From positions 67,071 through 131,070 of the forward strand of contig JAWKOD010000005.1 of the NCBI GenBank assembly GCA_041391385.1: a DNA stretch of 64,000 nucleotides. Reading direction: 5' to 3'. A program made the translations under genes and the position numbers. Shown one piece after another: positions 48,543 to 56,679 of the stretch. The notes beneath the pieces are model-generated. The model saw only the letters and a program-made list of their open reading frames with translations, was not told the origin of the DNA and searched no databases. Position 1 is the stretch's first letter. Each line of letters opens with the position of its first letter. Origin of the DNA: Bdellovibrionota bacterium (GTDB lineage Bacteria; Bdellovibrionota; UBA2428).

Positions 48543-48864
48543 GGTTTGGAGTACAGGGGGGCTTTCTACAGAAAATCCTATTTTCTTCAAGTCGCAGGAA
48601 TCGGGACCAGCGCTCTTAACCTATAAAGATACTCAAACTCGTCTCGAATTAACGCCAGTTGATAAGAATATGTGGCAGGGGGAGTTTCGTGTTTCTTTAC
48701 CAGGAACTTATAATCTTCAGATTGGAAAAGAAACGGAAACGTTTGAAATTGAGCAATATAAACGCTTAGAGATTCGCAATGAGTTGGTATTTACTTTTTT
48801 GGCCGTTGCGTTTTTTTTTGTAGTTTTAGTTTTTAAAAAGAGGAGGCCACGTGAATTTAGATAA
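48532..48864 (+). CDS. small beta-rich domain protein with C-terminal TM anchor
   Basis: 110 aa. NMWQGEFRVSLPGTYNLQIG sandwich-like segment, then LVFTFLAVAFFFVVLVF. Overlaps both neighbours. Confidence 0.5.
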   Translation: MTIEVWSTGGLSTENPIFFKSQESGPALLTYKDTQTRLELTPVDKNMWQGEFRVSLPGTYNLQIGKETETFEIEQYKRLEIRNELVFTFLAVAFFFVVLVFKKRRPREFR

Positions 48865-49111
48865 GAGAGTCTTGGGTGTTATCTATTTATTTTTTTGGGG
48901 TGTGCTTATAATTGCAGGAATTGTTGCTAAACGAACATACGGCCACCCTGACTGGATGGTTTTGTTTCACTTGCCCGCGGCTGTTTTTTTAGTCATGGGA
49001 ATGCGTCAGTTTAGCTATAGATACAAAAAAGAGTACGAAAAAGACCTGAGTAAATATAAACCTAAGCATGATCTGGATCAGGGTTTAGTGGAACCAAGGG
49101 GGCTAGAGTAG
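48851..49111 (+). CDS. 2-TM membrane protein
   Basis: GTG start after AGGAGG. Two hydrophobic helices. Confidence 0.5.
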   Translation: MNLDKRVLGVIYLFFWGVLIIAGIVAKRTYGHPDWMVLFHLPAAVFLVMGMRQFSYRYKKEYEKDLSKYKPKHDLDQGLVEPRGLE

Positions 49112-49115
49112 ACCT

Positions 49116-49541
49116 ATGAAATGTAAAACTCTTGAAAAGTATATGAGCACTAACCCGCACTCTATTGGCCAAGATCAAACGCTTCATGCGGCTACATTAA
49201 TGATGGATAAATTCAAGATCCGTCACCTTCCAGTTTTAGATGCGGGCAAGGTTGTTGGACTTATTAGCGATCGTGATATCAAGTTCGCACTTAGTTTTAC
49301 AGGTGTGAATCTTGAAGAAATGAAAGTATCAGACATGGCAAAGGAAGACGCTTACGTTGTTTCTCCATCTTCTAAATTAGATGAAGTAGTGGCTTATATG
49401 GCCAGCCGAAAGCTTGGGAGTGCTATTGTTATGGATAACGGCAAATTAGTGGGGATTTTTACAGCTGTAGATGCCCTGGGAGCTTTGTCTGAGATCCTTC
49501 ATGAACGACAGCACACAGGCTGCTCTTCACATTCTTGCTAA
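49116..49541 (+). CDS. CBS-pair (Bateman) domain protein
   Basis: Two CBS motifs (HSIGQDQTLHAATLMMDKFKIRHLPVLDAGKVVGLISDRDI and VVSPSSKLDEVVAYMASRKLGSAIVMDNGKLVGIFTAVDA). Confidence 0.85.
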   Translation: MKCKTLEKYMSTNPHSIGQDQTLHAATLMMDKFKIRHLPVLDAGKVVGLISDRDIKFALSFTGVNLEEMKVSDMAKEDAYVVSPSSKLDEVVAYMASRKLGSAIVMDNGKLVGIFTAVDALGALSEILHERQHTGCSSHSC

Positions 49542-49595
49542 GTCAGATACCTCGATCTTAGCCCCGGGAATGCATTAAAAGCGATCTCGGGATTT

Positions 49596-50342
49596 ATGGG
49601 CTTCTTTAGCCAGGCCTCCAAAAGTGCTATAATGCTGCCTATGCATGTGAGCTCTTGTTCCGAGAAGAAAAATCCGCATTGTCAGACCTGCGAAAGCCGG
49701 CACCAGAATATTGTTTTTTCGCCCTTAGACCAAGATGCCTTTACTGTATTAGATAAGGCTAAATCTGTTCATCACTATAAAAAGGGTCAGTATGTTTTTC
49801 ATGTTGGAAGTGCCCCTAATGGTCTTTACTGTGTAAATTCAGGGGTAATTCTTCTAGAAAGTGAAACGCGTTCTGGTACGGCGCGCATTCATCGCATGGT
49901 GAGTGGCGGAGGCGTATTAGGGTATCGTGCTCTTTTTGCCGGTGAATCTTATTCTGCATCTGCTTTAGTTAACGAGGACGCGACAATATGCCACATTCCT
50001 AGAGTTGCAATTTTTGATCTGATTCGAAACTATCCAGAATTGAGTTTTAAATTATTGTCACATGTTTCAAAGGAGCTTCGCCAGGCGGAGCTACGACATA
50101 AAAACTTATCTGATAAAGATGCACCAAGCCGAGTGGCCGAAACCATTCTCCAGTTAGATAAGGTCTATCCCGGGAAGAAGTGGACACGAAAAGAAGTCGC
50201 CGAGTGGGCAGACACGACGCCTGAGACAGTGATGAGATCTTTTGCGACATTTAAGAAGCAAGGTTTGATTGATATTGATGGGCGTAAGGTTACGGTGAAA
50301 AATTATGATGCTCTTTTAGACCTTGCTGACCCCTTGGATTAG
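49596..50342 (+). CDS. Crp/Fnr-family transcription regulator with N-terminal Cys cluster (FNR-like)
   Basis: N-terminal C-x8-C-x2-C (SSCSEKKNPHCQTCES), cNMP-binding beta-roll, C-terminal HTH (SRVAETILQL...TRKEVAEWADTTPETVMRSF). Confidence 0.8.
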   Translation: MGFFSQASKSAIMLPMHVSSCSEKKNPHCQTCESRHQNIVFSPLDQDAFTVLDKAKSVHHYKKGQYVFHVGSAPNGLYCVNSGVILLESETRSGTARIHRMVSGGGVLGYRALFAGESYSASALVNEDATICHIPRVAIFDLIRNYPELSFKLLSHVSKELRQAELRHKNLSDKDAPSRVAETILQLDKVYPGKKWTRKEVAEWADTTPETVMRSFATFKKQGLIDIDGRKVTVKNYDALLDLADPLD

Positions 50343-50394
50343 AGTGTTCGTTTTATATTTGTTCTAAAAAGTTTTTTCCATTAAAAATGAGCTT

Positions 50395-50793
50395 ATGAAT
50401 AAAAGTGTTTTATTGCTTCTTGGAGTTCTAACTTTTTCCGCTTTTGCATCTAGTCCAGAAGTCATTAAAGAGTATTTGTTAATTCAAGAGAAACTTGCGG
50501 CTGATTCTACAGAAGGTGTTGCAGACGCAGCAAAGAAAATTGTAAGCCTTGAGAAAAAATCTAAAGTTTCTCTGGCTGCTCAAAAGCTCGTAGCTCTAAA
50601 CGAAATCAAAGAAATTAGAAAAGAGTTTAAAAAGCTTTCAACTGAAATTATAGCTGCGACTCCAAAGAAGGACTTGAAGGATGCTAAGGTTGCTTTTTGT
50701 CCGATGGCGAACGCGAAGTGGCTCCAAAAAGGCGATGAAATTCGTAACCCATATTATGGATCCTCTATGCTTGAATGCGGTGGTTTCGAGTAG
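50395..50793 (+). CDS. small secreted protein, DUF3347-like C-terminal motif
   Basis: Signal MNKSVLLLLGVLTFSAFA. C-terminus AFCPMANAKWLQKGDEIRNPYYGSSMLECG. Confidence 0.5.
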   Translation: MNKSVLLLLGVLTFSAFASSPEVIKEYLLIQEKLAADSTEGVADAAKKIVSLEKKSKVSLAAQKLVALNEIKEIRKEFKKLSTEIIAATPKKDLKDAKVAFCPMANAKWLQKGDEIRNPYYGSSMLECGGFE

Positions 50794-51529
50794 GCTGTAC
50801 TTTGAGCTCAGCTGAATGACTAAGTGTGAAATGGTTTTTGCAGTCACTGCTTGCTAAATAGTAGCTAAAAATTAGACGGTTTTGATTGAATTCTATTTGG
50901 TTGTAGCTTACGGACTGGGCGTCTTCTCTCGACATATTCACACTAAAAGCCTCTAGTTCGATTTCTTTTTGTTGATGGAAACACTTTAAATGCTCAGGTG
51001 TTATTTCTGATATGCCTTTAGTGAATTCCAAGAATTTAGCGTGTCTATATTTTTGAACTTCAATCTCATTCCAAGATGAAGATGCAGCGAGAAAAGGGAG
51101 TTTGTGGTGCGTGTATGCTTCTATTTTTTTCCCGTCCCATTTTGCAGAATAGGCTACTTGGGTTGAATCGATAGCGACAATTTGAAAGGGGGCGAAATAC
51201 TTAAGCTCTAACATCGATAACTTTTGCAGGGCTATTTCTGCACTCTCGCATAATATAAGTTTGGGGATAATAATTCCTCTGGAGTTGAGATCGATTTTTG
51301 GTTTTTGATAACCTATGGGACTTTGGTTTAACAGCGCTAAACTTAGTCCGTTTTTGTTAACCCCAAGCCAAGTTCCACCCCCCTGTGGGTCGATAGGGTA
51401 GATGACATCAAGTCCTTTGTGCGTTTTGCCTTCGTGTACATTGAGTGCGATCGGACGATTTCTTTGCTCGTCACGGTTCATACCTAAGAGATAACCCTGA
51501 TGAGTCGCGAAAAGAGTGAGTGTACACAT
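50765..51529 (-). CDS. NRDE / TANGO2-family protein
   Basis: N-terminal MCTLTLF.. and GMNRDE motif. 254 aa. Confidence 0.75.
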   Translation of the reverse strand: MCTLTLFATHQGYLLGMNRDEQRNRPIALNVHEGKTHKGLDVIYPIDPQGGGTWLGVNKNGLSLALLNQSPIGYQKPKIDLNSRGIIIPKLILCESAEIALQKLSMLELKYFAPFQIVAIDSTQVAYSAKWDGKKIEAYTHHKLPFLAASSSWNEIEVQKYRHAKFLEFTKGISEITPEHLKCFHQQKEIELEAFSVNMSREDAQSVSYNQIEFNQNRLIFSYYLASSDCKNHFTLSHSAELKVQPTRNHRIQA

Positions 51530-51922
51530 TTAAGATTTTCTATTTTCTAGGAGTATGAGAAGTGAGCTCACCCACACAGTAACAGCAAGTGAAAACAAAA
51601 GGCCGCCATCGCCTCGAACCTCAATGCCCAGTGTTGCGAGGTGAGAGAATATAGCTCCAGTCATAGTACCGAGGCTTAGCAAGGCACCCATGCGACAATA
51701 TGCTGAGGAAAGAAGCAGCAGTGATGCAATAGCTTCTACAACACCAGAAAGGATGCGGCCCCAGGGTTCAATTCCCAGTTGGGTAAATATGTATACAGAC
51801 TCTGGCGCACCGCTGAATTTAAAGAAAAGCGTTTGGAGCAAAATAGCCGCTGATATGAGCCTTAGAAACCAATGAAGCCACTTGGGTAATTTGAAAGTGC
51901 TTTTTGAAAAAAGTTTTTTCAT
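51530..51922 (-). CDS. DoxX-like 4-TM membrane protein
   Basis: 130 aa with four hydrophobic helices. Abuts the NRDE gene with no gap. Confidence 0.6.
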   Translation of the reverse strand: MKKLFSKSTFKLPKWLHWFLRLISAAILLQTLFFKFSGAPESVYIFTQLGIEPWGRILSGVVEAIASLLLLSSAYCRMGALLSLGTMTGAIFSHLATLGIEVRGDGGLLFSLAVTVWVSSLLILLENRKS

Positions 51923-51931
51923 TTTTTCTCC

Positions 51932-52417
51932 TTATTTGGAGCCTTCACGAAGGCTCTGCCAGTTGTTGTTTGCTTTTGTTAAAAGATTAGCTTCATCTTT
52001 ATTCCATTTTTTGAGAGTGTTTCCAAGCCAACCATTGTAAAAAACGTATAATTTGCCGTCTGTGATTTTATATGTCAAAGGGTCAATGTCTACATAATCT
52101 GCATCTGCCATAGCGTAAGCGCACCATCCTCCAAATTGCGGCGCATATTTTTCAGGATTTTTTTTAAATTCTTCTAAATTTGCTTGGCTGCTAAATTGGT
52201 AAGTCGCTCCATCAATATTGAGTCTTAAATTATCCATTCCCTTTTGAGGGCTTTTGTCTTTAAAGTAAGTGACGGGATCGTATCCCTGAAGAGCTAACCC
52301 CTTTGTGAGGTTGTGAGGCTTAAAGGCTTCTTTTGAGAGTCCCGTCAGGCTAAAACCAAGGCTAAGTATACATAGGGCGATTGTGGGTACGATAGCTTTT
52401 CTTTTTATTCTAAACAT
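51932..52417 (-). CDS. exported YHS-domain-like protein
   Basis: Signal peptide, GLALQGYDPVTYF.., ..YQFSSQANLEEFKKNPEKYAPQFGGWCAYAMA. Confidence 0.65.
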   Translation of the reverse strand: MFRIKRKAIVPTIALCILSLGFSLTGLSKEAFKPHNLTKGLALQGYDPVTYFKDKSPQKGMDNLRLNIDGATYQFSSQANLEEFKKNPEKYAPQFGGWCAYAMADADYVDIDPLTYKITDGKLYVFYNGWLGNTLKKWNKDEANLLTKANNNWQSLREGSK

Positions 52418-52429
52418 CTCTATCTCCTT

Positions 52430-54000
52430 TTAGGTCGTCGGTGGGTGTAGTTTTGAAAGTTTTCTGTAATTTCGCAAAGCTTGAATAACGTTTGTTTGAA
52501 TGGGTTCTTTTTTATTAATAAAACCTATTTCAAATAAAATTTTAATTTGTTCAAAAAGTATTTTGTAAGCAGTCCATAGTTTCATCTTAGAGTCATAAAT
52601 GTGCGTAGCTTCACCAGCTGCGCCGTTGATTTCAATAACTTTAAATTCATTAGCTTCTTTTAAAGTAGCTTCAGATGAAAAGCGAATATCAAAGCGTCCG
52701 ACATAAAAACCAGGTACTTTGTGCGCAATTTCGTTGATGGCGCTTTCAAGTGCGTTTGTCATGAGTTCGTTTCCATCTTCAAAAATACAGCCTTGGCAAT
52801 GATTGCCAGATTCAACAAGTTTAAGAGTTTCGTCTTGAGGGAATACGGTCTCTAATTTCGTGGCATGTCGATTAAAGTAGATTTCTGCAATGAGTTTTGC
52901 CCGTGTGTCATCAAGAATAAGTTCTCTTAAGGTACGTTTTCCATCACCTATAACGTGTGGGAAGCGTTTTCAGTGATTCCCGTTATTCTTCCATTTTCTT
53001 CTCCAGGGTATCTGACATAGTTAACACCCAGTTCTTCTGTATATGTACAATATTCTTGGATAAGCAGTTGTGCTTTGCAGTGAGCAAAGTATTCTTTTGC
53101 TTCTGCAAACGAGTGTACAACGCGTACTCCACTTCCGCGTTGACCAACATCGGGTTTTATAATGATCGGGAATTCGAGTTCTTCATTTTTTAAAAAACTA
53201 TTGAGCTCAGTACTTGCTTGTTCGGGTGAAAGTTTTTCTAAATCGATTAATGAGTGCTTCAATGTGTGTGCCGAATTTGAGTTAAGGTGTTGAAGGAGTT
53301 CGGCTTTACTCTCTCCAACGACTCCACTATTGCTTATTCCAGGATTTGCATAGAGTGGAAGCTTAAGGCTTCTGTATTTAAGGCTTTGAAGTAAGTAGTA
53401 GATAACTACGGGCCAATAGAAAATCCACATGGGCCAAAATTCAAAGTGTTTTAACTTTTGAAGACGGTAGAGCTTTACTTGAAAATTTTCTTTTTGAGAC
53501 AGAAATAAGACAGCAAAAATAAAAGCAATAATTCCACAGACAAGCATCCAAGTTTGGGAAGGGTTTAGGAATTGAAAAATAAACGCGGACGCAGTTGTAA
53601 TGAGCGTTGTCCAGATAAGGACTGCAATTGCAGTTGTCCAAAAGAAGTCCCAAAAACTCATTTTGCAGACACCCGCAATGAGGTAAATAGGAAGCCGGGT
53701 GCCTGGTACAAAGCGTGCAATGAAAACCGCTCCGTAGCCCCATTTTGAATCGGCATAACCGGGTCTGAAGAAGTGAGAACTCAAAATTTTCTGAGTGTAT
53801 TTTGCAGCGAAGGGCCAGCTTTGGGCACTTCTTCCTATTAGATAGAGGCCTAAGTCTCCGACAAAAATACCAAGTCCACTTGCAAGGCAGGCTATTAAAA
53901 GAGGGAGCTTGGCATCCTTGGCGAGTGCAAGAGCTGTTAGAAGACTTCCGTCTTCAGAAATAAAACTACCCAAAAAAAGACTCAGACAAAGTGTCAGCAT
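52430..54000 (-). pseudogene. VTT/DedA membrane domain fused to an ATP-grasp ligase domain; frame broken in a T4 run (52967-52970)
   Basis: ORF 52948..54000 carries the DedA-like region (FVPGTRLPIYLIAG) plus the ATP-grasp start (FPIIIKPDVGQRGSGVRVV). The next frame continues KRFPHVIGDGKRTLRELILDD...GNHCQGCIFEDG into ORF 52430..52762 (VIEINGAAGEATHIYD). One extra A restores about 523 codons. Confidence 0.7.
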
Positions 54001-54527
54001 GAACGCTGCGTTCTTTCTTTATAAAGTGTGGAGCTTGCTTTCCCGAAGTTCTCATTGAGGAAAAATTCGCTTTGCGTGCAAAGATTGCGAATAAGGGCCA
54101 TGTGGTGGACTGTGTGCGAGATTATAAAGAGAAACTCTCTTTCAAGGTTAGAGGCTATATTTACAAAGGACCCATTTGTGTCTGTCATAGCGGCAAGCTT
54201 AAGGGGGCGTTCTGTGTGGATGCATTTAGCGTTAATGGAGTGGATATTCTCGTTGATTTTTTTTATTCTAGAGAGAGCTGCTTTAGGGTCTTTCTCGGTA
54301 AGTGTGTCACGCTCTCTAATATCGTAGTTAACGGTATATTCTGAGCAGCCTTTTATAAAGGCATCAATATGGTCAAGAATATGTCGAGTGTGAGCTCCAA
54401 TTGTGCCTGACTGAGGCGATATGTTTTGAGAGTAAAGAGTTTCAGGGCAATTTTTAAGAAAGTCTTCAATTTGAAAACTTATGTTCTTAAACATTAAGGT
54501 GAGTTTATTCCAGTCTGCTGAAGCCAA
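53994..54527 (-). CDS. DinB/YfiT-like metal-dependent four-helix-bundle protein
   Basis: His triad context HTRHILDHIDAF ... SHTVHHMALI. TTG start after AGAGAGG. 7-nt overlap with the downstream gene. Confidence 0.6.
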   Translation of the reverse strand: MASADWNKLTLMFKNISFQIEDFLKNCPETLYSQNISPQSGTIGAHTRHILDHIDAFIKGCSEYTVNYDIRERDTLTEKDPKAALSRIKKINENIHSINAKCIHTERPLKLAAMTDTNGSFVNIASNLEREFLFIISHTVHHMALIRNLCTQSEFFLNENFGKASSTLYKERTQRSC

Positions 54528-54658
54528 GGCCTACCTCTCTTTTATGAGCATAAGAGTAATCTTATAGGTGGTCAAAGTTCGATGAAACTCTTCTGGCTCT
54601 TATAAAGAGTATTCGCCCATGAGAGTCATTCGGTTACAGAATATATTGTGTACAAGTA

Positions 54659-55891
54659 TTAACGCCAGGAGCTTTCAGGATAGCGCCCTTTAATCAAGCG
54701 GTAGAGGCTAATCTTAAGCATTTGGCGTCCCCACTTATAATCCTTATAGGTTTTTAGAAATGTCCAAATTTCTTTGAGAACTTGAAGGGCTTTGGGAGCA
54801 CCCAAGGCAGCAAGCTCTTTTTTGGGGTTGGCTTCATGGGGATTTTTAAATGCGATCATGAGAGGGTTCCATTGATCAGAACACCTTTTTACTTCTGAAT
54901 GGATGAGTTCACGGTATTTCGCTTCGACAGCTTTATTCTTTAAGTTAGCCTCAACGATTGATTCTCCTGCTATGGCTCCAGAATGAAGAGCGCAACTCAT
55001 TCCCTCGGCAAGCATGTTTAAAAAACCTGCAGCCTGGCCTGTAAGGAGAACTCGTCCTTTACCAAAAACATACTGATTGATAAGTGAGGGGCCGAAATTT
55101 TCCATGCAGCCCTCGCTTTGTTCATGCGTGGCTTCTTCGAGTTTTACGCCATGTTTATCTTCTAGGTAATCTTTAACTTTGAGGTGAGCTTGATCAAAGT
55201 TTTGCCCAACCTCAAATCCAACGCCTACAATTTGCTGGCCATCACGCGCATGACTCCAAACGTATTTTCCCAATTCAGGGTGAAACCAAAAGTGAAAATA
55301 TTGAGGGTCGAGAGGACAGTCTATGATCTTGTGAAACTTTTGCCCTACAAAGAACATGGGTGCTAACTTGTAGGAGTTTCCGTAGACAGCTCTTAATACT
55401 GGAGAGGATGGGCCGTCGGCTCCAACTAGCCATCGAGCGGAGTAACTTCGTTTTTGATTTGTTTTGTGGTCTTGAGCGCTCACTTCAACACCTTTGCTAG
55501 TCTCGGTGAATGATTCGAAAGAACATTGATCGTGTATTGTTGCTCCCGATTGTTTAAGGGCCCATTGATCAGAGTATTTGCGATAAAGGTGGGGCGTTGC
55601 TCCGCCTATAAAATCCATCTTCATTTGGTTGAGTGATGGAAAGTGGAATACGACACCATTGCAGGTGTGGGGCTCATGAAGGGCCTCTGTGGGAATAGTT
55701 CCGAAGTTTTCTTCAAGAAATCTTTTTCCCCGAGGAGAGAGTATTCCGCTGCAAATTTTATGACGTGGAAGAGCCTTTTTTTCTAAGATGATTGCGTGCA
55801 TGCCTGCGTCAGTGAGTCGTTTGGCGCATGCTGCTGCAGCGAAGCTTCCTCCCACTATAAGAACATCACATTCTGTTTTGTCAGTATTCAT
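54659..55891 (-). CDS. FAD-dependent oxidoreductase, geranylgeranyl-reductase-like
   Basis: CDVLIVGGSFAAAACAKRL dinucleotide fold, WLVGADGPSS, GQAAGF. 410 aa. Confidence 0.75.
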   Translation of the reverse strand: MNTDKTECDVLIVGGSFAAAACAKRLTDAGMHAIILEKKALPRHKICSGILSPRGKRFLEENFGTIPTEALHEPHTCNGVVFHFPSLNQMKMDFIGGATPHLYRKYSDQWALKQSGATIHDQCSFESFTETSKGVEVSAQDHKTNQKRSYSARWLVGADGPSSPVLRAVYGNSYKLAPMFFVGQKFHKIIDCPLDPQYFHFWFHPELGKYVWSHARDGQQIVGVGFEVGQNFDQAHLKVKDYLEDKHGVKLEEATHEQSEGCMENFGPSLINQYVFGKGRVLLTGQAAGFLNMLAEGMSCALHSGAIAGESIVEANLKNKAVEAKYRELIHSEVKRCSDQWNPLMIAFKNPHEANPKKELAALGAPKALQVLKEIWTFLKTYKDYKWGRQMLKISLYRLIKGRYPESSWR

Positions 55892-56679
55892 TAGGCTTCT
55901 CCTAAGAGTTCAGTCACATGAAGTACGGGGTATGGACTATGCTCTTTAAGCCATAACCAATCATTATAGTTCTCTGCGACGATTCTTTGAATGGGTTTAT
56001 TGAATGTTATGAGGTCGTATTGTTTTTTGCGATCAAAATACGAGGTGTCTTGGCCAAGAGGCATGGCAGTTCGTTGAAGGTTCCAGTTCAGATTACATTG
56101 GGTAGATTTTTTAAACGTATCGTAGACGCGAACAAGTTGCTCATAGCGAGAGTGAAATAGAGGAGCATCTATCCAATAGAGGTCTTCTTTTTGCATTTTG
56201 GCTTGAATAAGTCTCTTTTGGATAAGCCAATCTCCTAAGCCAAACACTTTTAATTTTTTATTTTCATTAAGAAGTGCACGGTACTTGGTTGCGTCGTCTA
56301 CGATAACTTCATTCTTCTTTGCATATTCGTGAATGTAGCCTTTGACTTTAAAGTACCAGGATTTTTGAACTTCATTTGTTTGATCAAGTATGAGTCTAGA
56401 AGCATTCAAGTTAAAGAGAGGGTAGGCACTTTCAGCTTTGAGCTGCAGGTTAAAGCGTGTGTCTTCTTTGTGGATATCGATTTTTTCGGGACAGATGGGT
56501 TCGCAAGCTCCGCAGTTAAGGCAGGCCTCGAGACTTTCTTTAATGTCGGCAGCTTCTGCGCCACCTTGTACCGCTTTAGCTCTGCCCCAGGGAAGAAGAG
56601 ATATGTTCATGTTTTGTTGCCAGAGCGGGCAGACAAGTGCGCAGAGTGCACAGCCGCTACAATCATAAAAAGTTGACAT
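55891..56679 (-). CDS. 2x[4Fe-4S] ferredoxin-type domain protein with uncharacterised C-terminal domain
   Basis: CSGCALCALVCP and CLNCGACEPICP. 1-nt overlaps with both neighbours. Confidence 0.75.
   Translation of the reverse strand: MSTFYDCSGCALCALVCPLWQQNMNISLLPWGRAKAVQGGAEAADIKESLEACLNCGACEPICPEKIDIHKEDTRFNLQLKAESAYPLFNLNASRLILDQTNEVQKSWYFKVKGYIHEYAKKNEVIVDDATKYRALLNENKKLKVFGLGDWLIQKRLIQAKMQKEDLYWIDAPLFHSRYEQLVRVYDTFKKSTQCNLNWNLQRTAMPLGQDTSYFDRKKQYDLITFNKPIQRIVAENYNDWLWLKEHSPYPVLHVTELLGEA

Noticed and set aside
54535-54560. Imperfect palindrome CTCTTTTATGAGCATAAGAG between the flavoprotein and DinB-like genes
   Set aside because: The stem is short, AT-rich and mismatched, and it overlaps the RBS of the downstream gene. 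The evidence is insufficient to call it a terminator or attenuator.
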